64,000 bases of DNA from an uncultured delta proteobacterium (lineage in GTDB: Bacteria > Desulfobacterota > Syntrophorhabdia > Syntrophorhabdales > WCHB1-27): the NCBI GenBank assembly GCA_963810935.1, contig CAWEPK010000008.1, forward strand, positions 384,001-448,000, written 5' to 3'. Below are positions 1 to 9,589 of this stretch, piece after piece. Under the pieces are notes generated by a model. It saw only the letters and a program-made list of their open reading frames with translations. It searched no databases and had not been told where the DNA came from. Each line of letters opens with the position of its first letter. Position 1 is the first letter of the stretch. Made by a program: the position numbers and the translations under genes.

Positions 1-636
1 TCCCCCTCGTCGCACTTATGCTTCTCACGGGCTGCGCGACCGGGGCAAGGCCGGCATACAAAGTCGAGCCTGTATACGCTCGACTACCCGCCCCCGGCCC
101 TCAAAGGCGCCGTTGCCCCGACGGACCAGGTGGTACGCATAGACAGGTTCTCTGTAGCGCAAAGCTTCAACAACACGGCCATGGTTTACAGCCCTGAGGT
201 TTACAGGCTGGCCGTTTACCAGTACAACAGGTGGAGGGTCAACCCCGGCGACATGACGGGCGACTACATGGCCCGCGATTTCCGCGCCTCCGGCCTGTTC
301 AAAGCGGTCTTCTCGGGCCCCAGGCAGAATGCGGCGCGCTTCCAGATCGAAGGCATAGTCGATCGGTTCCTCCAATCGAAAGAGGCGGATGGATGGAAAG
401 CCGTCCTCGTGCTGGAGATGACCCTCCTCGACACGAACAAGCCGTCCGTGGCTGAAAGGGTTATATTTCAGAAGCGGTACAGCGCGGCAGAGCAGATTCC
501 CGAGCAGTCGGCCGGGGCCTTTGCGAAAGGGATCAGTAACGCAATGTCGCATTTGTCGGCGGAGATTATAAACGATGCGGCGGTGGCAATTGCAGCAAGA
601 TGTCGGGAAGCGCTTGACGCTGAGACAAGGCGGTAA
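1..636 (+). CDS. ABC-type transport auxiliary lipoprotein (PqiC-like), 5' partial, apparent +1 frameshift at ~69
   Basis: Frame 3 gives a lipobox (LMLLTG-C-ATG...KVE). Frame 1 continues LYTLDYPPP...VRIDRFSV...YNRW. Removing C69 joins the two. Confidence 0.7.
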   Translation, partial: SPSSHLCFSRAARPGQGRHTKSSLYTLDYPPPALKGAVAPTDQVVRIDRFSVAQSFNNTAMVYSPEVYRLAVYQYNRWRVNPGDMTGDYMARDFRASGLFKAVFSGPRQNAARFQIEGIVDRFLQSKEADGWKAVLVLEMTLLDTNKPSVAERVIFQKRYSAAEQIPEQSAGAFAKGISNAMSHLSAEIINDAAVAIAARCREALDAETRR

Positions 637-643
637 TTAGAAT
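614..643 (+). promoter_or_regulatory. sigma70-type promoter, probably giving a leaderless mRNA
   Basis: TTGACG-N18-TAGAAT, then 6 nt to GTG 650; no Shine-Dalgarno (SD). Confidence 0.55.
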
Positions 644-649
644 ATTACA

Positions 650-1222
650 GTGACTGAACCCAACTGGCTCAAAAAGGCAATTGACAATGTCCTGTCCCGC
701 AGCGAGGACGGGGAGGCGTCCGGCACGCCGGACGAGATGATCGACAACGCCGCGAAGAAGGCGTTCAAGATCAGCACCGCCCTCGGCCTCATCCCCGGCC
801 CTATAGGCATGGCGACCATCATCCCGGAGGTTGCAGCGCTGGCGGGCATCCAGATCGGCCTCATCCGCCGCATCGCAGGGTTTCACCACAAGGAGGAAAC
901 GGTCTCGCCCGAGCTGGTCCTCCTTATCCTGGGCAATGTCGTAGGGGTGGCCGGAGGCGAGGCGCTCGTCAGAAAAATGGGCGCCGCCATTGTCATGAAG
1001 TCGGTCAATACGGAAGTAATCAAAGGCATATCGAGGGCCGTCGGCAGCCGCATCGTCGAGAGGGCGGCCGAAAGGGCGGCCGGGCGCTGGATACCGGCAC
1101 TGACCGCACCTGTCTTCGGCTATATGTCGAGGTCTCTTACAAGAAAGATCGGGAGGGAGGCAAACAAGCTCTTTGCCATGGATATCACCGTCGCGCCCGC
1201 CCCTGTAGCCGCCATTCCCTAA
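650..1222 (+). CDS. EcsC-family protein
   Basis: 190 aa with the ALGLIPGPIG...IPEV...QI and GRWIP segments typical of the family. Confidence 0.6.
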   Translation: MTEPNWLKKAIDNVLSRSEDGEASGTPDEMIDNAAKKAFKISTALGLIPGPIGMATIIPEVAALAGIQIGLIRRIAGFHHKEETVSPELVLLILGNVVGVAGGEALVRKMGAAIVMKSVNTEVIKGISRAVGSRIVERAAERAAGRWIPALTAPVFGYMSRSLTRKIGREANKLFAMDITVAPAPVAAIP

Positions 1223-1244
1223 ACATAGGTTTCACGCTTTTCGC

Positions 1245-1640
1245 TTACGGCCGCTCGCCGTCCTCCACCAGCTTCCTGGTGCGGTCTATATGGAAGAAAA
1301 CGAGGAACAGGGGGTTGTTCTTCTCAATGTCAGGGACGGAGTAATGTTTCTGTTCGAGCATCTTGCAGATCGATTCGCTGTCCATCTCCTCTTTCACCCG
1401 CGTCAGGTAGAGCCGTACGCCGTTCGCGTGGCCGCCCGCTTCCATGAAAAGATAGGACGCATGGGGGTTCGAGGTAAGGTCTTTATGCGTAAGGTGGTCC
1501 GGCATTATGAAAGCAACCGTCTCGTCGTCCATCACGTTGGGACGCTCATAGACGGCCGCGTTGACCTGGCCGCTGAAATCGGCCGTTGCCAGGATGCCGA
1601 CGCCGTCCGTCTTTTCGAAATAATCCCTGATGTCCTTCAT
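1245..1640 (-). CDS. pyridoxamine 5'-phosphate oxidase family FMN-binding protein
   Basis: GILATAD..G.VNAAVY.RP and NPHASYLF motifs; GGAGG SD. Confidence 0.75.
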   Translation of the reverse strand: MKDIRDYFEKTDGVGILATADFSGQVNAAVYERPNVMDDETVAFIMPDHLTHKDLTSNPHASYLFMEAGGHANGVRLYLTRVKEEMDSESICKMLEQKHYSVPDIEKNNPLFLVFFHIDRTRKLVEDGERP

Positions 1641-1713
1641 TCATCAACCTCCAACTTTTTTTTGAGGCACAGGCAAGACGGCCGGGGACAGCCCGCTTGC
1701 CCGTCTCGTCAAA

Positions 1714-2550
1714 TCACCGGGCAAGGGAGGCCAGTGTTGCGTCCTTGCGCCTGGCAGTCCACGTCCTGATGTGCTCGGGGAACGCACGGTCCCGCACCAT
1801 GCCCTTGATCTCGTCTCCATTGATGCTGCCGCTCAGCGTCACGGCCCCCGCCGGGCCGTCAAGGCCGGCAAAGCGGAACCTGTCGCCGTCTAACGGGGCG
1901 CTCCTTACAAAAAAGAGCTTGCCGTCGAGGTACACCCTCCCCGACACCTTCTGAAATTCCTGCTCCAGATCGAGCTGTATGCCGGGTACGTTTTTGTCGG
2001 CCTCCACCCTGCCCTCCCAGCGGCCGCTCATGTTCGCCGGGACGACCCACAAGTAAAGGTAATTCGACCTTATCCTTACACAGTGGTCGGGCGTCCACCG
2101 CTCCATGTCGTGGCAGTACGAGACAATCCGCGTGCCGGGTCTCAGGTCGGATAATAACTTTGGCCGCAGCCTCCGGTTGACCTCCGGGAAAAGAAAAACG
2201 AAAAGCACGGTCGCATCATTGATCTCGCTCTTGAAAAGGTCCGCCTTCACGAAGCGGACGAGATGGGCCACCTGCTCGGCGCAGGCGTTCTCGCACGACT
2301 CCCGGACCCTTACAGGGTCGAGGTCGATGCCGACGCCCCGCGCGCCCGTCTTCCTGGCGGCGCCTATGACAGCGCGGCCGTCCCCGCAGCCCAGGTCGTA
2401 AACGACGTCGCCGGACCCGACCGAAGCCATCCTGATCATCTCATCCACAACTTCGCGCGGGCTGGGCTCCCAGCGCACGTCAAGCGACAATCCGCCCAAT
2501 CCGATACGCCCCAGAAAGCCAGTAGTCCGGTCCTGACGCTCTAAATTCAT
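1714..2550 (-). CDS. class I SAM-dependent methyltransferase
   Basis: VYDLGCGDGR motif I, GVGIDLD, LRPKLL..LRPGTRIVS. Confidence 0.85.
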   Translation of the reverse strand: MNLERQDRTTGFLGRIGLGGLSLDVRWEPSPREVVDEMIRMASVGSGDVVYDLGCGDGRAVIGAARKTGARGVGIDLDPVRVRESCENACAEQVAHLVRFVKADLFKSEINDATVLFVFLFPEVNRRLRPKLLSDLRPGTRIVSYCHDMERWTPDHCVRIRSNYLYLWVVPANMSGRWEGRVEADKNVPGIQLDLEQEFQKVSGRVYLDGKLFFVRSAPLDGDRFRFAGLDGPAGAVTLSGSINGDEIKGMVRDRAFPEHIRTWTARRKDATLASLAR

Positions 2551-2570
2551 ATATGTCTCTTCGAAAGAAA

Positions 2571-2614
2571 GTGAGGCTAAGGGGCACCTTTGTCAAGGTG
2601 TACCTTAGCCTCAC
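2571..2614. repeat. 20-bp near-perfect inverted repeat in a divergent intergenic region
   Basis: GTGAGGCTAAGGGGCACCTT-tgtc-AAGGTGTACCTTAGCCTCAC. Confidence 0.85.
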
Positions 2615-2687
2615 ATAGAGTGGGCCGGGGTATCATCCTATTGCAATTGAATCCAATCTGCTATAATTGAGCGGTAAGGAGCGAGAG

Positions 2688-3005
2688 TTGTCAAAAGCGA
2701 TTAAGACGAAAAAAGAGATAACAAACTTGTTAAGCAAGAACACCGAGCGTTTGGAGGAGCTTGGCGTAAAGCGCATCGGCCTCTTCGGGTCATTCGTTAG
2801 GGGAGAGCAGCGGCCTCACAGCGATGTTGATTTCCTCGTGGAATTCCAGCCAAGAAAAAAAACATTCAGTAACTTCATGGGCCTATGTTTCCTTCTTGAA
2901 GAGTTGCTGGGAAGAAAGGTTGAGGTCGTCACAAAGGAGTCTTTAAGCCCTTATATCGGTCCGTACATACTTGCAGAGGTCGAATATGTCCGTCTCGTCG
3001 CCTGA
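2688..3005 (+). CDS. minimal nucleotidyltransferase (MntA-like antitoxin)
   Basis: LFGSFVRGEQRPHSDVD (GSx10DxD). TTG start after AAGGAG; start uncertain. Confidence 0.85.
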   Translation: MSKAIKTKKEITNLLSKNTERLEELGVKRIGLFGSFVRGEQRPHSDVDFLVEFQPRKKTFSNFMGLCFLLEELLGRKVEVVTKESLSPYIGPYILAEVEYVRLVA

Positions 3006-3336
3006 ATATCTTCGTCACATACTTGACGAGACAATCTTTGTCTCGTCAAGAGTCAAAGGCGTCTCTAAGCGCCAGTTTATGAAGGACGAGACGACCCTAA
3101 AGCGGGCATTTGTGCGAAGCATTGAGATCATAGGCGAAGCCAGCAAGAAGCTCCCCACTGACTTGAAGCAGAACTATCCCGGTATTGAATGGCGGTCTAT
3201 GGCAGGCATGAGAGACCGGCTGATTCACGGTTACTTCGGCATCGATTATCAGGTTGTCTGGGACGTTGTTCGTAATGAAATCCCTAGGCTGAAGAAAGCA
3301 ATCGAACAGATGCTGGAGCGCGAGGTCTCTCGCTAG
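2986..3336 (+). CDS. DUF86/HEPN ribonuclease (HepT-like toxin)
   Basis: IEIIGEA and MRDRLIHGY (Rx4H); overlaps the MNT gene. Confidence 0.88.
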   Translation: MSVSSPEYLRHILDETIFVSSRVKGVSKRQFMKDETTLKRAFVRSIEIIGEASKKLPTDLKQNYPGIEWRSMAGMRDRLIHGYFGIDYQVVWDVVRNEIPRLKKAIEQMLEREVSR

Positions 3337-3403
3337 GCGCGGCCTAAACCCACGATTTCCGACGCACAACACCCCCCATGCCCCATCTATGCTATAATCC
3401 GCC

Positions 3404-4653
3404 ATGACTTTCATTGCGGATTTACACGTCCATTCACACTACTCGATGGCTACCAGTCCCCTGATGACGCCTGAGGGGATTTGGCGGTGGGCGCAGATGA
3501 AGGGGATCGGCGTTGTCGCGACTGGGGACGCTACCCATCCCGGCTGGCTCGCGGAGCTTGGGGAAAAGCTCCAGCCCGCCGATAACGGTTTGTTTACCCT
3601 TAAGGCCGCCTGGCGGCGGCCAATCGATGTGCCGGGTGCGTGTCGGTCGGATGTCTCTTTCATTGTCTCGGCGGAGATAAGCTGCATTTACCGCAAAGAC
3701 GGCAGAACGCGCAAGGTCCACTGCCTCGTGTTCTTCCCCGATATGAACTGCGCCCGGCGCCTGAGCGCCGACCTTCGAAGATAGGCAGCGTCTCATCCGA
3801 CGGCAGGCCCATACTCAAGCTCGACGCGGCAGACCTGCTGGCTATGACCCTCGACATCTCCGACGAGGCCCTGTTCGTCCCGGCCCATGCGTGGACGCCA
3901 CATTACTCGGTGTTCGGCGCGGTATCCGGGTTCGACACGCTTGAGGAGTGCTTCGGCAACCTCGCGCCCTATGTCCCCGCGATAGAGACGGGGCTTTCCT
4001 CCGACCCGGCAATGAACCGGCGCGTGAGCGCCCTCGACAGACTCACCCTGATCTCCAACTCGGACGCCCACTCGCCGTCGAAGCTGGGCAGGGAGGCGAA
4101 CATCTTCGACACGGAAGTCTCGTACGGCGCGATACGGCAGGCCCTGACAACGGGCAGCGGCGCACCGGGCACGATAGAGTTCTTTCCGGAGGAAGGGAAG
4201 TACCATTACGACGGCCACGCTGCGTGCGGCATCTGCTTCTCGCCGCCGGAGACGATAGCGCACAACTACCTGTGCCCGGCCTGCGGCAGGCGGCTCACGG
4301 TCGGCGTGGTGCACAGGGTCGAGCTGCTGGCCGACAGGCCCGTAAACGGCACGCCCGGACAGGACGCGCACTTCCGGACGGTCATCCCCCTTGTCGAGAT
4401 ACTGGCGGAGGTCACGGCTAAGGGCCCGGCGTCGAAAGCCGTCGCCGCGATGTACGAAAAGCTCCTTTCGTCGATCGGCAGCGAGCTTACTGTACTTCTG
4501 GACGCGCCCCTGGATGAGATCGCCCGGCTATCGACTCCGCTTACCGCCGAAGCCGTCGGTCTCGTGCGGAAGGGTAAGGTACGCGTCTCCCCCGGCTACG
4601 ACGGCCGCTACGGACGGATCAAGATATTCGGGGATGCCGCGCCAAAACTTTAA
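3404..4653 (+). CDS. endonuclease Q family (PHP domain + Zn finger), apparent frameshift at ~3775
   Basis: ADLHVHSHYS in ORF 3404-3784. DGRP, PAHAWTP, IETGLSSD, SNSDAHS, GKYHYDGH, CPAC and PGYDGRYG in ORF 3640-4653. Confidence 0.85.
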
Positions 4654-4683
4654 TTTGCCCTGCGGATGATGTAACATACCCCA

Positions 4684-6087
4684 ATGCACCGGCTGCGCAA
4701 GAACAATATCGCATGGTCCCTTGACGACGACTACCCCGGCCTTGATGACGCCGTTGCCGGCATCGTCGAGGAGGCGGACGTCCGCAGGGGCTACGCATCG
4801 AGGCCGTGCGGCGACGGGAAGATATTCGTCAAGTTCTTCCTGGAGCACGGCATCGCAGGGCTCGTGCGCAACAGCATCATGCCAAGGGGCAGGAAGGAAT
4901 ATTACCTCGGAAAGCGCATCCTTGCGGGCGGCATAGCCACGCCACGCCCCCTCGGATACGGCACGGGCGGCGGCGGCTCCTTCATAATACAGGAATGGGT
5001 CGAGGGCCGCACTTTCCGCTCGGCCTTCTATGATGCCACAGCCGAAAAAGAGGCGCTCCTTCACGGCCTCGCGCGCCTGCTTAAGCAGCTTGAAGGCACG
5101 CGGATCAGGCACAACGACCTCCACCTGGACAACGTCTTTTTGAGCGGCGGCACGCTATACCTCATCGACCTGCACAAGGCAAAAATACGCGGCACCTGGA
5201 GCCGGGACGACGCCGCCGCGAACCTCGGCCAAGCGCTGAGCATGGTCTACAAGAACATGACAGAAGAGCAGCGGGCGCGCTTTTTCGAGGACGCCGGGCG
5301 GCCGGACGTACGCAACGCGGTCGAGGCCGCCTTGAAAGCTCAATGGGGCGCGTGGGTCGAGAGCAAGAAAAGAAGGGCCTTCTCCAACACGTCGAAGCTC
5401 GCGGTACGTGGGCGAAGGGTCTATGTCAGGGGCAGGGAGAAGGAAGGCCAGGGCGCTTTTACGACCCTTTTGAAGCAAGACAAAAAGGTGCGGGTGGAAA
5501 GGCACGCCGACCACATCAGGAAGATCTACGGCCGCAGACACAAGCTTAAGCGGGCATGGGAGAACTGGGTCGCCCTGGAATACGTAACGGGCGACGTCGT
5601 GCCCCGGCCGTTCTACGTCGAGAAGGCGTCGCTCTTCGGCTGCGGCTTCATCGCGATGGAAGACCTAGGCGGACAGGGCGAGGAGCTTGACCGGTTTCTC
5701 GACAGGCATTACGACGCGATGGAGACGGGCCGGAGGCGGGCGTTTATCGGCTCCCTCGCCCTCTTCCTGGGGCGCCTCTTCGATACGGGCATCATCCAGA
5801 AAGACCTGAAGGCGTGCAATGTCTTCGTGATCGACAGCGGCTTCCGGCTCCTCGACGTCGAAGACATATGCTTTTACGCGCCGACTGATGCTGACATTCT
5901 CGCAATGCTTGTGCAGCTCAATACATCCGTACCCCGGCGGATACGCGCGTCCGACAGGATGAGGTTTTTCATAGGTCTGGCCCGCGTGTTCCCCTTCGAC
6001 AAGAAGGCCCTTTTCCGGCGCGTGGTGGATACGTGCAAGGGGCTCGAAGTCGTCTACGAGGGCGTCTCGGGACTCAATAGGGAATAA
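4684..6087 (+). CDS. lipopolysaccharide kinase (Kdo/WaaP/InaA family), two tandem kinase-like domains
   Basis: HNDLHLDN...LIDL in the first half; QKDLKACN...LLDVE in the second half. Confidence 0.7.
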   Translation: MHRLRKNNIAWSLDDDYPGLDDAVAGIVEEADVRRGYASRPCGDGKIFVKFFLEHGIAGLVRNSIMPRGRKEYYLGKRILAGGIATPRPLGYGTGGGGSFIIQEWVEGRTFRSAFYDATAEKEALLHGLARLLKQLEGTRIRHNDLHLDNVFLSGGTLYLIDLHKAKIRGTWSRDDAAANLGQALSMVYKNMTEEQRARFFEDAGRPDVRNAVEAALKAQWGAWVESKKRRAFSNTSKLAVRGRRVYVRGREKEGQGAFTTLLKQDKKVRVERHADHIRKIYGRRHKLKRAWENWVALEYVTGDVVPRPFYVEKASLFGCGFIAMEDLGGQGEELDRFLDRHYDAMETGRRRAFIGSLALFLGRLFDTGIIQKDLKACNVFVIDSGFRLLDVEDICFYAPTDADILAMLVQLNTSVPRRIRASDRMRFFIGLARVFPFDKKALFRRVVDTCKGLEVVYEGVSGLNRE

Positions 6088-6097
6088 GATTCAAAGG

Positions 6098-7114
6098 CTA
6101 TCCGGGTGTAAGGGCCGAAAGCGCGTCCGTTAGGCTGCCCTCGACCATCCTCCCGCCTGACTCGATCGCGAAACAGCCTTCTTCGATGCCTTCCCCTTCC
6201 GTCCAACCAGGGGCGATCCCCGATGCAGCGAGCCTCTTCAGGTTTGCCCGTTTGTAACCTGTGATATGGGGGACGTCGCGCCGGTTAACCGAGACGCGCG
6301 CCGCAGCAAAGCCTGACGAGGCATGCCGCGCAAGCACCGCAAGCCAGAACGCCTCCGATTTGACGAGGTAGCCGAAGGCGGGATGAAATGGGCCTGCCGC
6401 CATCTTCTCACGGAGGACTTCATTTTCGGTCAGGCCCATCTTTATGGTCCTGATGCCCCGCTCCCATGCGCTTACATAGATAAATGCGGCCTTCGCCACT
6501 GCGGATTTAAGGTCATCCGGCGAGAAGCGGCCCTCCCTGAAGTCCTCGCATAAAGGCGTCCCATCAATGACGACGAGGGGATAGATACGTATGAACGCCG
6601 GGGTCAGCGCCGTAATATTGGCGGCCGTCTCCCGCAAGTCAGCCGGCGTCTCGCCGGGAAGCCCCACCATCACCTGCAAGGCCGTCCGGAAGCCCTGCCC
6701 GCTGAAAAACCGGACGGCGGCGCGCACGTCTTCGGCGGTATGCCCCCTGTTCAGGCGGAGGAGGATATCGTCATTGAACGTGGGTGCGCCGATCTCTATG
6801 GTTTGCACGCTGTATCGCTTGAGGAGCGCAAGCACGTCCGGCGATACGGTGCGCGGCCTGACGGACAGGCGCATGGCTGCGATTTTGTCGCGGTATGGGT
6901 CGAGGAGCTGAAATACCGACTCGATCCGCCTGGCCGGCAGGCCCAGCAGGTCACCCCCGTAGAAGGCGACCTCCGCCGGGGCGGAAAGGGTGGCGAAGAG
7001 CCGGCCGATCCGCTCTTCCAGCGGCTCGGCCTGTCCCCCTGTTATATGCTCCTGGTTGCAATACGAGCAGCGCCGGCCGCATCCCAGGTGCGGCAAAAAA
7101 ATGGGCGCGATCAT
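6098..7114 (-). CDS. radical SAM protein (Elp3-like family often found next to rnc)
   Basis: PIFLPHLGCGRRCSYCNQ (CxxxCxxC), AFYGG, GPFHPAFG. Confidence 0.8.
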   Translation of the reverse strand: MIAPIFLPHLGCGRRCSYCNQEHITGGQAEPLEERIGRLFATLSAPAEVAFYGGDLLGLPARRIESVFQLLDPYRDKIAAMRLSVRPRTVSPDVLALLKRYSVQTIEIGAPTFNDDILLRLNRGHTAEDVRAAVRFFSGQGFRTALQVMVGLPGETPADLRETAANITALTPAFIRIYPLVVIDGTPLCEDFREGRFSPDDLKSAVAKAAFIYVSAWERGIRTIKMGLTENEVLREKMAAGPFHPAFGYLVKSEAFWLAVLARHASSGFAAARVSVNRRDVPHITGYKRANLKRLAASGIAPGWTEGEGIEEGCFAIESGGRMVEGSLTDALSALTPG

Positions 7115-7782
7115 TGCACTTCAATCTGCTTCAAAAGGTGGGTCGCGGCGTTCTGCTCGGCCTGCCGCTTGCTCTTGCCCGTGCCTTTCGCCTTCAGCTC
7201 CTTGCCGATGTAAACGTGGATGCTGAAGCCGTCCTTTGTTTTTCTTGTCATGCGGTATTTCGGCAGGATGCCCCACTTCTTTTGCGAATACTCCTGAAGC
7301 ACGTTCTTCGGGCTCTTCTCCTGGAGCTTTACCTCGTCGAAATAGGGCCAGAAGAGCCGCCTTACCACGCGCGTGGCCGACCGCATGCCGCCGTCGAGAT
7401 AGACGGCGCCGATCAGTGCCTCCAGCATGTTCGAAAGGACTTTCGAGTCATGCGGCAGAACGGCCTTTCCGTTCCCGTAAGACATATGCTCGTCGAGGCT
7501 GATGGCGCGGGCTATCTCCGTGAGCGTGCCCCTCCTGACGAGGCACGATCTCGCGTTGCTCAGGAAGCCTTCGTTCTGGTCGTTGTATTTGCGGAAGAGC
7601 AATATGCTGATGACGGAGTTGAGGATGGCGTCGCCCAGGTATTCCAGCTTCTCGTTTTCCGACTTGACCAGCGTCCGCCTGTCATTCACGAAAGAGGCGT
7701 GCGTTATCGCCTGGGATAGGAGCTCCCGGTTCCCGAACTCGTACTTTATCGTCTCTTCCAGTAAAGAAGAATATTCAGTCAA
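7111..7782 (-). CDS. rnc: ribonuclease III
   Basis: NEKLEYLGDAIL signature, EALIGAVYLDGG, C-terminal dsRBD (GKSKRQAEQNAA). Confidence 0.95.
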   Translation of the reverse strand: MTEYSSLLEETIKYEFGNRELLSQAITHASFVNDRRTLVKSENEKLEYLGDAILNSVISILLFRKYNDQNEGFLSNARSCLVRRGTLTEIARAISLDEHMSYGNGKAVLPHDSKVLSNMLEALIGAVYLDGGMRSATRVVRRLFWPYFDEVKLQEKSPKNVLQEYSQKKWGILPKYRMTRKTKDGFSIHVYIGKELKAKGTGKSKRQAEQNAATHLLKQIEVQ

Positions 7783-7783
7783 A

Positions 7784-9361
7784 TCAGATTTTGAACGCCT
7801 CTTCTTTCCCGCTGTATTTTTTACGCAGCTTCGGCTTTTCTATCTTGCCTGTCGGGTTCCTGGGCACCGCATCCAGGAAAATCTTTCTGGGTCTCTTATA
7901 CTTAGGCAGCGGCTCGCAGAACGCGAGGACCTCTGCCTCCGTTATCTCCTTGCCGGGCACGCAGTCCACGATGGCGACGACGATCTCGCCCAGCCGCTCG
8001 TCGGGCAGGCCGATAACGGCCGCGTCCCTTACCTTGGGGTTCGTATGGAGGAAGTCTTCGATCTCCACCGGGAAGACATTCTCCCCTCCGGTGATGATGA
8101 CGTCTTTCTTCCTGTCCACGATCCAGATAAAGCCGTCCTCGTCGAACCGGGTCATGTCGCCCGTGTAGAGCCATCCGTCGCGCAGCGCCTTGGCCGTAGC
8201 CTCGGGGTTGTTGTAATACTCCCTCATCACCCCGTCGCCCCGGACAATCAGCTCACCCGGCTCACCCTTCGGCACGTCGTTGCCCTGCTCGTCCACGATG
8301 CGGGTCTCCCAGTTGAAGCCGGGCACCCCTATAGCTCCGACCTTGTGCGTGTTCTCCATGCCGAGATGGACACAGCCCGGCCCGGTCGATTCCGAAAGAC
8401 CGAAGTTCGTGTCATAGTCCATCTTGGGGAAGTACTTGCGCCAGTGCATGATAAGACTTGCGGGGACCGGCTGCGCCCCTATGTGCATGAGCCGCCACTG
8501 GTCGAGCTTGTAATTCGATATTTTCAGCTCTCCGCTGTCGAGTTTCAGCAATATGTCCTGCGCCCACGGCACTAGGAGCCACACGATGGTACCGCCTTCC
8601 TCGCTCACCGCATCCAGCACCCATTCGGGAGAGACGCCTTTCAATATGACTGCGGGGCCGCCCACGATGAAGCTGCCGAACCAGTGCATCTTTGCCCCTG
8701 TGTGGTACAGCGGCGGTATCAGGATAAACATATCTTTCCTGGTCTGGCGGTGGTGAGCGTTCTCCGTGATGCAGGCGGACGCCATGTTCTTGTGCGTAAG
8801 CAGGATAGGCTTCGGCTGCCCGGTCGTCCCGGACGTAAAATAGAGCCCGCACGGGTCGTCGAACTCGATCTCGGTGGCAAGGCGCGTAGCCGGGGCCGCG
8901 TTAACGAGCTTCGTGAAATCCTCGGCGTAGGAAGGGATCTCCTTGCCCAAACAGATATATTCCCGCGCCGTGAGCTGGTCTTTGACCGCGTTTATCCTCG
9001 GCGCGAACTCTTCATCGAATACCATCGCCTTCGGCTGTGCGACGTCGCAGCAATACTTCAGGTCTTCCGCCGTAAACCGGAAATTGAGCGGCACGACCCA
9101 TGCGCCAGTCCTCACTATACCGAAATAGGCCACGAGCCAGTCGATGGAATTGTTCATGAAATGGACGACCTTGTCGCCCTTTTCGATGCCTTTTGACCGC
9201 AATACGTTCGAGAACTTATCCGCCCTGTCGCTAAATTCCTTCCATGTAATCTGGCTGCGTTTACCCACAGCCGGCGTCCTCTCCACGAGCGCCAGGTCGT
9301 CCGGGTACATGCGCGCGTTCCTGGCCAGAATCTCACCTATATGCACATCCATCTTCCCCAT
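7784..9361 (-). CDS. acyl-CoA synthetase (AMP-forming)
   Basis: YFTSGTTGQPK, FGLSE, WLYTGD, GGENVFP, PRNPTGKIEK. Start placed at the ATG after GAGGGG. Confidence 0.9.
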   Translation of the reverse strand: MGKMDVHIGEILARNARMYPDDLALVERTPAVGKRSQITWKEFSDRADKFSNVLRSKGIEKGDKVVHFMNNSIDWLVAYFGIVRTGAWVVPLNFRFTAEDLKYCCDVAQPKAMVFDEEFAPRINAVKDQLTAREYICLGKEIPSYAEDFTKLVNAAPATRLATEIEFDDPCGLYFTSGTTGQPKPILLTHKNMASACITENAHHRQTRKDMFILIPPLYHTGAKMHWFGSFIVGGPAVILKGVSPEWVLDAVSEEGGTIVWLLVPWAQDILLKLDSGELKISNYKLDQWRLMHIGAQPVPASLIMHWRKYFPKMDYDTNFGLSESTGPGCVHLGMENTHKVGAIGVPGFNWETRIVDEQGNDVPKGEPGELIVRGDGVMREYYNNPEATAKALRDGWLYTGDMTRFDEDGFIWIVDRKKDVIITGGENVFPVEIEDFLHTNPKVRDAAVIGLPDERLGEIVVAIVDCVPGKEITEAEVLAFCEPLPKYKRPRKIFLDAVPRNPTGKIEKPKLRKKYSGKEEAFKI

Positions 9362-9589
9362 CTGCAACCCCCTCACAGATAAATTGTGTATACCGTTTTC
9401 CCCATGCATCCCACTTTATCATGGTGAAAAGCGTCTGTCCAGAGATTTGGATGACCAAAAAGGGGCCTAGCTATTTTTGATGATAGGCGCCGTGATCGAC
9501 GGGCCGCCCGACGAGATCGTACAGTTGGAGTACATCGAGGAGGCGCGGCCCGGAGAGACAGGCGTATAGCGCAAAAAGAGCCAGGCCCC

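Noticed and set aside
2615..3390. Possible terminal inverted repeats around the MNT-HEPN module (ATAGAGTGGGC vs ATAGATGGGGC)
   Set aside because: Only 9 of 11 matches; too short to separate from chance.
9492..9569. 25-codon plus-strand ORF between the acyl-CoA synthetase and the oxidoreductase
   Set aside because: No SD and no recognisable motif; may be a gene scrap but cannot be supported.
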